A model generated the notes under the pieces. It was given only the letters and a program-made list of their open reading frames with translations. It was not told the DNA's origin and made no database searches. 64,000 nt of DNA from Candidatus Uhrbacteria bacterium (GTDB taxonomy: Bacteria; Patescibacteriota; Patescibacteriia; 2-12-FULL-60-25), in contig JBAXJG010000002.1 in NCBI GenBank assembly GCA_037137975.1, positions 40,524-104,523 of the forward strand, written 5' to 3'. The translations under genes were made by a program, and so were the position numbers. Below, one piece after another: positions 8,374 to 17,170 of this stretch; the first letter of the stretch is position 1, and every line of letters begins with the position of its first letter.

Positions 8374-9542
8374 GCAAAAGAGAAATTCTCAAAAAGCTTT
8401 CGACGATTCGTCATGCGGAGCGCGGGATTGCGCCACAGACGGAATGGGTTTCGCGTACCCGCGCGTATGTAGTCGATTGCGTACAAAAAGATTTAGCATC
8501 AGGCGTGGTATTCCGTAAGCCTTCGGTTGTGACGGCGCGTCCGGAATTTGTTACACGTATCGCGCAGTGGATGCGTGCTCCAGCTTTGATTACCGCTTCT
8601 ATTATTACCACCGTGTTCGGTGGTTCTTTGCTTGGCGTTTCTGCTTCGGATCGTTCTGTACCGGGCGATTTTCTCTATCCAATCAAACTCGCAAGTGAAC
8701 AGACGCGTCTCGCGCTTACTTCTGACAAGGTTGATCGTTTGCGTTTAAAGACCGAATTCGTTGGTCGTCGTGTGGATGAAATCAAAACTATTTCTGCATC
8801 GCCAGACGCGAGCTCCTCTGATCGTGTGCGCCAGGCGGCTCAAGTATTGAAACGTGATCTCGATACGGTGAAAAATCAATTACAGGAAGTGAAACAGGAT
8901 ACACCGGGCGCAAAAGCAGTCGAAGTCGCTAAAATGGTTGATGAAAAGACCGATTCTGTTGCTTCTGAGTTAAAGTTCGTGAAAGAAAATGCTCCAGAAG
9001 ATGTTAAACCAAGTTTAGCTGAGGCTGAAGTAGCGGCTATCCATACGGGCGTGAGCGCTGTAGAGGTCATGATCGACGCAAATGGTTCACAAGATGGGCA
9101 AACAGTGATTTCTGATGCGGATGTCGCGCATGCAATTCAAAATAAAGTAGATGGAATTCAAGCCACATTAAATGGTGCAGCAGGATTGCTTCTTTTGCCA
9201 GGATCGGACGCGACGGGAACGGTTTCAGCCTTGTCGCATTTACAATCCGCGAGCTCCTCTGCGCTTCAGATCACGAATGCGAGTGCGACATTGCAAGAAG
9301 TTCGCAACTTGCTAGGGGAGAATAAATTAAATGAAGTAACAGGAAAATTGTTTGAGGCTGCTAAGACAGCGTTTCAGGCTGAGACAGATGCGAGCCTTGC
9401 TTCCGTTTCGAGCACTGCAGCCGCTCCCGTGACAACTACATCGTCCTCTGAACCGATTATTCCCGTTTCATCAACTTCGAGTGTGAGCGCGCCAGCATCT
9501 TCATCGACGCAAACATCATCCACGCGATTAACTCCACCATAA
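8370..9542 (+). CDS. DUF5667-like single-pass membrane protein with Ser/Thr-rich tail; candidate anti-sigma partner
   Basis: 4-nt overlap with the sigma gene and one TM (ALITASIITTVFGGSLLGV). PGDFLYPIKLASEQTRLAL...LKTEFVGRRVDEI resembles DUF5667. The tail reads TTTSSSEPIIPVSSTSSVSAPASSSTQTSST. Confidence 0.55.
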   Translation: MSKREILKKLSTIRHAERGIAPQTEWVSRTRAYVVDCVQKDLASGVVFRKPSVVTARPEFVTRIAQWMRAPALITASIITTVFGGSLLGVSASDRSVPGDFLYPIKLASEQTRLALTSDKVDRLRLKTEFVGRRVDEIKTISASPDASSSDRVRQAAQVLKRDLDTVKNQLQEVKQDTPGAKAVEVAKMVDEKTDSVASELKFVKENAPEDVKPSLAEAEVAAIHTGVSAVEVMIDANGSQDGQTVISDADVAHAIQNKVDGIQATLNGAAGLLLLPGSDATGTVSALSHLQSASSSALQITNASATLQEVRNLLGENKLNEVTGKLFEAAKTAFQAETDASLASVSSTAAAPVTTTSSSEPIIPVSSTSSVSAPASSSTQTSSTRLTPP

Positions 9543-9554
9543 CAAAATATTTAT

Positions 9555-9616
9555 TTGTTCTCCCGTCACACAGGGCGACCCTGCCACGCAGAGGCGTCCT
9601 GACAGCGGGAGAACAA
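9555..9616 (+). promoter_or_regulatory. Three-way-junction stem-loop element between the DUF5667 gene and the surface-protein gene
   Basis: TTGTTCTCCCG (9555-9565) pairs perfectly with CGGGAGAACAA (9606-9616). Inside are hairpins CAGGG-CGA-CCCTG and ACGC-AGAG-GCGT. No U-tract follows. Confidence 0.4.
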
Positions 9617-9673
9617 TATGTGCTTTCGCTCGTGCCTGTTACCCACCTTCGACACCCGGCAAATAAAAGTCGA

Positions 9674-9693
9674 CCTTCGATAATTATCGAAGG
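9674..9693. promoter_or_regulatory. Perfect 20-nt palindrome in the surface-protein leader (operator or RNA hairpin)
   Basis: CCTTCGATAATTATCGAAGG equals its own reverse complement. It lies 44 nt upstream of the ATG at 9737. Confidence 0.5.
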
Positions 9694-9736
9694 GCTGGGA
9701 GTCTCTATTCTTAGTGTCACAAACCTACATTCCCCT

Positions 9737-12700
9737 ATGGGAAACATTCTCAAAAAAGTTATTTCCAGCTTCGTTGCTTTGACGACGATCGCTTGGTCCG
9801 TCGGTGTTGGTACGTTTGCGCTTCCTAGCGTAGCGTCCGCTGCCGCCATGACTGGCGACCTTATCAAGGCCTCCGGTCCAGCCGTGTATTACTTCGCTGC
9901 TGACGGAAAGCGCTACGTTTTCCCTAACGAGAAGACGTATTTCTCTTGGTTCATGGACTTCTCGTCCGTGCGCACGATCTCGGACTCCGAGCTCGCTTCC
10001 TACATGATTGGTGGGAACGTCACGATCCGCCCAGGCACAAACTTGGTCAAGATCACGACAGATCCTAAGGTGTACGCCGTCTCCCTCGGAGGCGTATTGC
10101 ACTGGGTCGAATCCGAAGCAGTCGCCACGTCACTTTGGGGCTCCAACTGGGCTTCCAAGGTCGTCGACGTTGCTGACGGTTTCTTCGTGAACTACACGAT
10201 TGGTTCCTCGCTCTCATCCCCAGTTCACCCAGACGGTTCATTGATCACCTACGCTGGTGATGCAACCCGTTACGTGGTCTCTGGTGGCATGAAGCGCCGC
10301 ATCGCATCAGACTCCGTATTCGCAGCCAATGGATTCAACTCCATGTATGTGAACACGACAACGGTTTCGTACTCCAATGGTACAGACCTCACGGGCCGCG
10401 AATGCGCCCTTGCTGATGTTGTTGCTTTCTGTGGTGGCGCCCCAGTTGTTGGTGGTAGCCTCACAGCCACGCTCGCGTCTGACACCCCAGCCGCAGCAAC
10501 AGTGCCAAAGAACGCATCGAGCGTAACGCTCGCGAAGTACAACTTCACCGCCGGCTCCGCCGCTGCTGTGATCTCTGGCCTCCGCGTCCGCCGCATCGGC
10601 GTTGGTGCAACCTCAGACTTTGCGAACGTATACTTGTATGACGGTAACGGCACCCGTTTGACCACGGGCCGCACCATCAACTCGTCCACGAACGTCGTTG
10701 AATTCAACGGACTCACGATCAACGTGGCCGCTGGTGCAACAATCTCCCTCGTCATCGTTGGTGACTTCTCGTCCCCACTCACGACAGGTGGTCAGCACTC
10801 GTTCGAACTCTCTGACGCCGCTTCGGTGATCGTCACGGGTTCCGGCACGGTTTCCGGTTCGTTCCCAATCCGTGGCAACGTGTTCACGGTTGGTACGATC
10901 TCCGCTGGTCGTCTCGACATTTTGAAGGGAACAACGCCAACCAATCCGAACATCGGAGCGATGGATGTTGAAATCTCCAACTTCAAGATGACGGCCAACA
11001 CAAACGACATCGAAGTTCGCCGCATCACAATCCTTCAGGCCGGTTCGATCACGAACACGGACTTGTCGGACCTCAAGCTCTACCAGGGCTCGACCGTGGT
11101 TGCGACTGCTGCCGCTTTGTCTAACGACAAGATGGTTCTTAACTTCAGCCCGGCCTACGTGATCACGAATGGCACGACAAAGACGTTCTCGCTCCACGCG
11201 AAGATCGCCGGTCGCGCTGGTCGCACGATCAAGACCTACGTTGAATACACGACTGACGTGTACGCAGTCGATCGTTTGTACAACTCTGGCGCTTCGATTG
11301 ATATCGCCACGAACGGAACCTTTGATGGTTCTTCCACTGGTACGAAGTATATCGAAGTCACCACGCAAGGTGGTCAACTCACTGTTTCCTTCAATGGTCC
11401 AGTGACTGGCAACGTTGCCAAGGGTAGCCAGGACGTTGTCCTCTACAAGTTCTCCCTCCTTTCCCCAGACAACACGCTTGAAATCCGCAACGTTGATTTC
11501 AACTTGGTTTCTGTAAATAGTGGAAAGATCGTCGGTTCAGCTGGAACGAAGTATTTCCGCGACATCAAGATCAAGAATCTTGACACCGGAGAGACCTTCA
11601 TGGGTCCTACGGACCTTTCCTCTGCTTGTGTGACTGGCTCCACGACGTGTGCCGTCACGCTTACAGACTCCCGTAACATCGCAGCCGGCGCTGCACTCAA
11701 CCTCGCCATCACGGCTGATTTGAGCAATACGGAAGATGCTGCAAATGAATTCTTCGGTCTCAATACGAAGCAATATCGTATCGACCTCGGTGATGGAACG
11801 AACATCTTCGGATCTTCGGATGTCCGCATCGTGAGCACGGGCGAATTCTTGGACACCTCCAAGATCGTTCCAAACTCCATGATCAACGGCAATGCCCAGA
11901 CCGTGAAGTCTTCGAACCTCACTGTTGCTCTCGCTTCTTCCCCATCCGCAGGGACGGCCGTGAAGAAGGAAGCGATGATCCCAACCGCAGGTTTCGTGTT
12001 CACCGCTGGTGACCAAAGCGACGTAGCGATCAAGTCCGTGAAGATCACGGGTTCCGCTGCATTGCTCGTTGCCTACGATGCTTCCACGACCCGCTCGGTG
12101 GTCACTTCTTGTGCTTTGTTCGACGGTGCAACTCAGGTCGGCCTTTCACAGGCTCCTGACACCACGACAGGTGCAATGAACATCACCAACATGAACGTCA
12201 CCGTTCCAAAGGGCACTTCCAAGACGCTTGTCGCGAAGTGTACTGCGGACTCCGTTGTAGAAGGCGCTGCTGACTACATCGCTCTTGGTATCGCCCTCGC
12301 TGCGGACGTTTCTGCAGAAGACGCTGATGCCAACACAGTCACCCCATCCATTAACGCTGCTGTTTCTGCCAATGCTGGCGCCGCGCCATCACTTGTTCAG
12401 ACCATCCGCGCTGGTGGTACGCTCACTGTTTCCCCAGACAACTTGCGCCAGTCAACGATCCTCGTTGGCGACGGTGGTGCTGTTTGGCAGAACTTCGCGC
12501 AGTTCAAGGCAACCGCTCAGTACGAAGCTGTCGTGATCGACAAGATCGCTGTGACTTCGACGGGTGATGCTGCAAACTTCACGGAGATCGCTGTCGCTCA
12601 AGACGGCACAGTGAAGGGTTCCGCTCTCTTGTCCGCTGGTAACTCCAAGTCTAAGGACGTTACCCTCGGTGCTCCAATCACAGTTGCGAAGGATGGCTCT

Positions 12701-13606
12701 GCCACTTTCCAGTTGTGGGGTAAGCTCGCCACGGTCGTCTCGTCATCCACGGTCAGCGGCGCCACAGCTGGTGCAGCTCGCTCGGGTAACATGATGTCCC
12801 TTGGTCTCGACAAGAACATCACGACAGGCGACTGGGACACATCGTACGCTGGTATCTTGAACATCCATGCAAATGGACAGGCTTCCGGAGACCGCTTGTA
12901 CGCTGCCACCACGACGGTCACCAACGTAGGCAACTCGTTTGTCCTTCGTAAGACCAAGCCAGTTGTGACTCGTCAGGCCCTTTCGACCACCACCCTCACG
13001 GCTGGTCTCGACATGGACCTCTACAAGTTCCAGGTTTCAGCTGACAGCGCCGGCTCCGTGGCCCTTAAGAAGATTGTCTTCGCATGGTCCAAGGGTGACT
13101 CGAACGCCAGCTTCAGCCTCGCAAACTTCCGTCTCCGCAAGGGTTCCTCTGACATCGCCGCTGCTGATATCTCTATCACTTCTGCGACCAGCGTGAACTA
13201 CTACACGGGCGGTCCTGCCGCAGGTGAATTGTCCGGTAAGGTCGTCGTCTCGTTCACGAACGAAGAAACGATCGTTGGTTCTGGCAATGTCTACACCTTG
13301 CACGCTTCAGTCAGTGGCACGGTTGACTCGGGCGACTCCGTCTCCCTCAACTTCTTCCGTGATAACTCGATTGTTGCCCCAGTGACTGGTTATCTTACCG
13401 TCAACCCAATCGGTGGTATGGTTGGTGCTAACATCGACACATCCGTCGGTGGAACTGGCGTCGCCGCTGCTACTGGTACGTTTGTCTGGGCAGATAACTC
13501 GGAAATCCCACACTCCTATGCTTCGGGCACCGCTGGTGGCTCGATGGATTGGACACAGGATCTCTACCTCGAGGACCTCACTCAACAGTCCGTGTTGAGC
13601 CGTTAA
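9737..13606 (+). CDS. Giant secreted surface (S-layer-like) protein with tandem beta-sandwich-like modules
   Basis: Signal peptide MGNILKKVISSFVALTTIAWSVGVGTFALPSVASAAA. Two N-terminal repeat units (DLIKASGPAVYYFAADGKRYVFPNEKTY / SLITYAGDATRYVVSGGMKRRIAS) are followed by about 8-10 modules of roughly 110 aa, rich in T/S/A/V/G/N. Codons are strongly C-ending. The in-frame GTG at 9620 is judged less likely as the start. Confidence 0.75.
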   Translation: MGNILKKVISSFVALTTIAWSVGVGTFALPSVASAAAMTGDLIKASGPAVYYFAADGKRYVFPNEKTYFSWFMDFSSVRTISDSELASYMIGGNVTIRPGTNLVKITTDPKVYAVSLGGVLHWVESEAVATSLWGSNWASKVVDVADGFFVNYTIGSSLSSPVHPDGSLITYAGDATRYVVSGGMKRRIASDSVFAANGFNSMYVNTTTVSYSNGTDLTGRECALADVVAFCGGAPVVGGSLTATLASDTPAAATVPKNASSVTLAKYNFTAGSAAAVISGLRVRRIGVGATSDFANVYLYDGNGTRLTTGRTINSSTNVVEFNGLTINVAAGATISLVIVGDFSSPLTTGGQHSFELSDAASVIVTGSGTVSGSFPIRGNVFTVGTISAGRLDILKGTTPTNPNIGAMDVEISNFKMTANTNDIEVRRITILQAGSITNTDLSDLKLYQGSTVVATAAALSNDKMVLNFSPAYVITNGTTKTFSLHAKIAGRAGRTIKTYVEYTTDVYAVDRLYNSGASIDIATNGTFDGSSTGTKYIEVTTQGGQLTVSFNGPVTGNVAKGSQDVVLYKFSLLSPDNTLEIRNVDFNLVSVNSGKIVGSAGTKYFRDIKIKNLDTGETFMGPTDLSSACVTGSTTCAVTLTDSRNIAAGAALNLAITADLSNTEDAANEFFGLNTKQYRIDLGDGTNIFGSSDVRIVSTGEFLDTSKIVPNSMINGNAQTVKSSNLTVALASSPSAGTAVKKEAMIPTAGFVFTAGDQSDVAIKSVKITGSAALLVAYDASTTRSVVTSCALFDGATQVGLSQAPDTTTGAMNITNMNVTVPKGTSKTLVAKCTADSVVEGAADYIALGIALAADVSAEDADANTVTPSINAAVSANAGAAPSLVQTIRAGGTLTVSPDNLRQSTILVGDGGAVWQNFAQFKATAQYEAVVIDKIAVTSTGDAANFTEIAVAQDGTVKGSALLSAGNSKSKDVTLGAPITVAKDGSATFQLWGKLATVVSSSTVSGATAGAARSGNMMSLGLDKNITTGDWDTSYAGILNIHANGQASGDRLYAATTTVTNVGNSFVLRKTKPVVTRQALSTTTLTAGLDMDLYKFQVSADSAGSVALKKIVFAWSKGDSNASFSLANFRLRKGSSDIAAADISITSATSVNYYTGGPAAGELSGKVVVSFTNEETIVGSGNVYTLHASVSGTVDSGDSVSLNFFRDNSIVAPVTGYLTVNPIGGMVGANIDTSVGGTGVAAATGTFVWADNSEIPHSYASGTAGGSMDWTQDLYLEDLTQQSVLSR

Positions 13607-13621
13607 TCCTCAGTAGGAACC

Positions 13622-13653
13622 AAAACCCCGCCATTTGGCGGGGTTTTGTTTTT
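13622..13653 (+). terminator. Strong rho-independent terminator of the surface-protein gene
   Basis: AAAACCCCGCC-ATTT-GGCGGGGTTTTGTTTTT. Confidence 0.88.
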
Positions 13654-13678
13654 GGTGTTACGCTTGCGAACAAATTCT

Positions 13679-16018
13679 ATGACTCGTACTACTGCCATTA
13701 AGTTGTTCAAGGGGATTTCCCTTGTAGGTATCTACGGTGGGCTTCTTGTTCCGCTCATGTTTATTCCGGTCGTGATCTTTCCGTTCGTATTTTCTAAGAT
13801 CATTTTCTTTCAGATGTTAATCGGTTTGACGTTCCCAGCGTATCTCGCTTTGGCGTGGATGGATCCGCAGTATCGTCCAAACATTAAACACCAATTGTAT
13901 GTGGCTATAGCGGCGTATTTCGTTGCCGTGGCAGTTTCAGTAATATTTGCCGTGGATCCGTCTCGTGCATGGTGGGGGAATCAGGAGCGCATGAATGGGC
14001 TGTTCTCCCTCCTCCACTTCTTTGCTTGGATGACCATGATGGTTGGTGTCCTAAAGACATGGGAGGACTGGAAACGCTTGTTGATTTATGAAGTTGCGTT
14101 GTCGGCGATAATGGCGATCGTAGCCATGCTTCAGCGCTTGAACCCAGATTTACTGTTGTTTAAGGCGAGTGGTCGTGTTGGTGGTTTGGTGGATAACCCA
14201 ATCTACATGGCCGCCTATCAGATTTTTAATTTTTTCTTTCTCGCGTTGTTGTTCTGGAAAGTTCCGTCAAAGAGCGCTCGCATATGGTTTGTGATGTTCT
14301 TTTTGTGTGATGTGGTGGCGTTTATTCTAGCTCAATCGCGCGGCGCATTTATTGGGTTGGCTGCTGGTATCTTTGCGTTTGCTTTGTATATTGCGTTATT
14401 TAGCAAGAGTCGAAAATTGAAAGCAGGCGTATTTGGTGGCGTTCTCGTACTTGTTCTTGGATATGGTGGGTTGTATCTCGCAAAAGATACGGCGTTTGTT
14501 ATTAATTCGCCGCTTGGACGTCTTACAAACCTTACGACCACGGTTGATACGCGTCTTATCGCCTGGAAGATCGCGTGGCAGGGATTCGTAGAGCGACCAT
14601 TTGCAGGATGGGGATTCGATAACTTCCATATTTTGTTTAATCAAAAGTTTAATCCTGAGTCGTTACGATACGGTACCTACGAAACGTGGTTCGATCGTTC
14701 GCACAATACGGTTCTCGATGTGTTGTCGATGACGGGTATTTTGGGATTCTTTACGTTCTTCGCGATTTACGTTTGTATTTTCCTCGCAACGTGGAAGGCG
14801 TATAAGCAAAAGTGGATTGACCTTCCAATTGCAGCCATCCTTTTCTCTTTACCGGTAGCATACTTCGTTCAAAACCTTCTCGTGTTCGACCACCCAGCCG
14901 GCTTTACCATGAGCTTCATGCTTTATGCGTTGATTATCGCGGCAACAAAGGGCGAATTCGTTGGTGAGAAAGATAAGGCGGTTGTTGAAGCGGTAAAAGT
15001 CGAGGGACATCGCGATGCGCCATGGATTCTCTTCACAATAATTTTTGTGATGTTTGGTCTTTTAGTCTATCGCACCTCGTATTTGCCATTCACCGCTTCA
15101 CGTACAGCTATTCAGGCGAACGCTACGTTTAATGTGAATCCAGTATTGGGATATCAGCTGTTTAAGCAGGCTTCTGAAATTCCGACATTGTATAAAGATG
15201 AGCAGTCATTCTTGATGGCGCAAAATGTCATTGGGATGCTAGGAGCTGGAGTCTTCCAAAAGGTCCCGAATTACATGGATGTGTATGGACTCGCGAAGTC
15301 GCTTTCGGAAGAAGAGGTGACACGTCATCCACAAAACACGCATCCGCATTATATTTTTGCGCGCCTTGCTCAAGAGATGATGAGCGTTTCTTCTTCAGAG
15401 GCGCAGATTTCATTTGAAGAATATCAAAAAGCCATCGCAACAAGTCCAAAACGCCAGCAGCTTTGGTATGGACTTGCTCGTTTGTATCTTCAGACGGGGC
15501 AGTTGGATAAGGCAGTTGAAGTGTTTAAGAATGTGCGAGATTTTGATCCAGAAGACGGAATTGGGCCTTGGAATTATGGCTTGATTCTTATGTACGATAA
15601 GGCGGGTCAAACGAATGATTCAGCGATTCGTTTGGAGGGAGCGCAAGAAATTAAGAAGGCTATGGAAGTAAAGTGGGTGTATGGTTTATCAAGTGGTCGA
15701 GAGTTGTTGCCGCTCTTTGATGCGTACATTGTCTTGCAAGACACGCCAGGTCTGACAAAGTGGACGGAGAAGCTTGTGGACTTTCCACTCGCGGATGCCT
15801 CGACATACGCTCAGATCGCCATGAAAATGAATATCGTTCAGCTAAATGACTTGCGCGATAAAATCTTAACTATTGGTGAAAACCGGGCACCTGGAACGAA
15901 GGATGCGTTTGAAAAAATGTTGAATCCACTAGCTCCGACTCCGGCTGCTGCGGTGCCAAGTAATGAGCCGAATATGTTTAAGGCCGCAGCAACATCAACA
16001 AGCGGCGCAAGACGCTAA
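13679..16018 (+). CDS. Wzy_C (O-antigen ligase/polymerase/O-oligosaccharyltransferase-like) polytopic membrane protein with C-terminal TPR domain
   Basis: More than 10 TM helices with the Wzy_C-type loop AQSRGAFIGLAAG. The C-terminal soluble part has TPR-like repeats (LWYGLARLYLQTGQLDKAVEVFKNVRDFDPED). ATG 13679 lies downstream of the terminator. Confidence 0.7.
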   Translation: MTRTTAIKLFKGISLVGIYGGLLVPLMFIPVVIFPFVFSKIIFFQMLIGLTFPAYLALAWMDPQYRPNIKHQLYVAIAAYFVAVAVSVIFAVDPSRAWWGNQERMNGLFSLLHFFAWMTMMVGVLKTWEDWKRLLIYEVALSAIMAIVAMLQRLNPDLLLFKASGRVGGLVDNPIYMAAYQIFNFFFLALLFWKVPSKSARIWFVMFFLCDVVAFILAQSRGAFIGLAAGIFAFALYIALFSKSRKLKAGVFGGVLVLVLGYGGLYLAKDTAFVINSPLGRLTNLTTTVDTRLIAWKIAWQGFVERPFAGWGFDNFHILFNQKFNPESLRYGTYETWFDRSHNTVLDVLSMTGILGFFTFFAIYVCIFLATWKAYKQKWIDLPIAAILFSLPVAYFVQNLLVFDHPAGFTMSFMLYALIIAATKGEFVGEKDKAVVEAVKVEGHRDAPWILFTIIFVMFGLLVYRTSYLPFTASRTAIQANATFNVNPVLGYQLFKQASEIPTLYKDEQSFLMAQNVIGMLGAGVFQKVPNYMDVYGLAKSLSEEEVTRHPQNTHPHYIFARLAQEMMSVSSSEAQISFEEYQKAIATSPKRQQLWYGLARLYLQTGQLDKAVEVFKNVRDFDPEDGIGPWNYGLILMYDKAGQTNDSAIRLEGAQEIKKAMEVKWVYGLSSGRELLPLFDAYIVLQDTPGLTKWTEKLVDFPLADASTYAQIAMKMNIVQLNDLRDKILTIGENRAPGTKDAFEKMLNPLAPTPAAAVPSNEPNMFKAAATSTSGARR

Positions 16019-17115
16019 TCAAACAGCGCGGAGATGTTCCCTTCGTAGGTTTTGGAAAGCGGAAAGCGTGCCTCCACTTGGAGGCGCGCTTTTTGTGAAA
16101 GCTCGGATCGTAAGTTGTCGTCTCTCATAACTCGGAGCATGGCTTCTGCGAGAGCGACTGGATTCATGGCAGGGACAATCACGCCTCCATCCGCGAGCAT
16201 CCATTTAGCAGCGCCAACATCTGTAGCGATGCAGGGGAGTCGAGCAGCCATCGCCTCGAGCAGAGCAAAAGCCATACCTTCTTTTGAGCTTGGTAAAACA
16301 AAAGCATCAAAATCTTGCAAGATTGTTGAAGCGTCATCGCGGGCCCCTGGAAGTTGTACGGCTTGTTCTAATCCAAGTGCTTTACGTTTCGCTTCGATTT
16401 CTCCTCGTTGAGCTCCATCTCCTAAAATAAGAAACGTTGTATTAGGTTCAATGCTGTGGACGATTTTGCAGGCTTCAAGATAGCGAGGGAGGTCTTTTGG
16501 AGGATAGAAATTTGCGACTGTTCCGAACGTGAAACGTGAAGCTTGAAGCTTGAAACGTGGCTTTAGCGCTGCATCAAAACGATCGAGATCAATGCCGTTT
16601 GGGACGGACACAATTCGTTTGAATGGTTTAATGCCAACCTCGCGCGCAATAACTTCATCACCTGGGTGCACGCAAATAATTACGTCTTTATATTTTGCGG
16701 TTGTTTTTTCGATTGAGCGATAGAGCCATTTCTTTGTCGCTGGTAATTCTTCACGAAAAGTCCATCCGCCAATGCGATAGGTGACTTGAGAGATTCTGGC
16801 GAGATGCGCCGCGACTGAACCAAGTGCACCCATTTTGGCACTATTTAGATGTATTGCATCGGGACGGAGTTTTTTGAGGACGTCACGAAGCTCTAGGATC
16901 GCTGGGATATCACGTTTAGCACTGATCTCGCGTCCCATGAGTTTAAGCTTGATATAGGGTATTTCTAGGGCTTTGCAGCGATCTTGAAGCCAAGTCCCAT
17001 CACCCGAAATGATGGTTGCTTCATGCCCGAGTTGTTTTAAATGTAATGCAAAACCGACCAGGAACTGCTGGACGCCCCCTTGTTCGCCTAAAGTTACGGC
17101 GAAAGCAATTTTCAT
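16015..17115 (-). CDS. Glycosyltransferase family 4
   Basis: MKIAFAVTLGEQGGVQQFL N-terminus and C-terminal LPSSKEGMAFALLEAMAARLPCIATDVG. The ORF extension to 17238 would overlap asnB. Confidence 0.85.
   Translation of the reverse strand: MKIAFAVTLGEQGGVQQFLVGFALHLKQLGHEATIISGDGTWLQDRCKALEIPYIKLKLMGREISAKRDIPAILELRDVLKKLRPDAIHLNSAKMGALGSVAAHLARISQVTYRIGGWTFREELPATKKWLYRSIEKTTAKYKDVIICVHPGDEVIAREVGIKPFKRIVSVPNGIDLDRFDAALKPRFKLQASRFTFGTVANFYPPKDLPRYLEACKIVHSIEPNTTFLILGDGAQRGEIEAKRKALGLEQAVQLPGARDDASTILQDFDAFVLPSSKEGMAFALLEAMAARLPCIATDVGAAKWMLADGGVIVPAMNPVALAEAMLRVMRDDNLRSELSQKARLQVEARFPLSKTYEGNISALFD
16527..16561. repeat. Imperfect heptanucleotide tandem array inside the GT4 gene
   Basis: Units read directly: ACGTGAA ACGTGAA GCTTGAA GCTTGAA ACGTGGC. 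Confidence 0.9.
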
Positions 17116-17170
17116 TTTTGCGCTTTCCATAGCGATAAGATAGGCTTCAAATGACGAAAAAGTCAATCCT

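Noticed and set aside
9620-9736. In-frame GTG start at 9620, preceded by GGGAG, for the surface protein
   Set aside because: It would add 39 residues ahead of a textbook signal peptide (MGNILKK...). It would also place the start inside the 3' arm region of the stem structure. It is kept only as a noted alternative.
10270-12957. Several long minus-strand ORFs (10270-10782, 10613-11377, 11443-12048, 11537-16, 12598-12957 and others) inside the surface-protein gene
   Set aside because: They lie antisense to a gene with very strong C-ending codon bias, which suppresses antisense stop codons. Their translations are Arg/Val/Asp-rich low-complexity strings without motifs. They are shadow ORFs.
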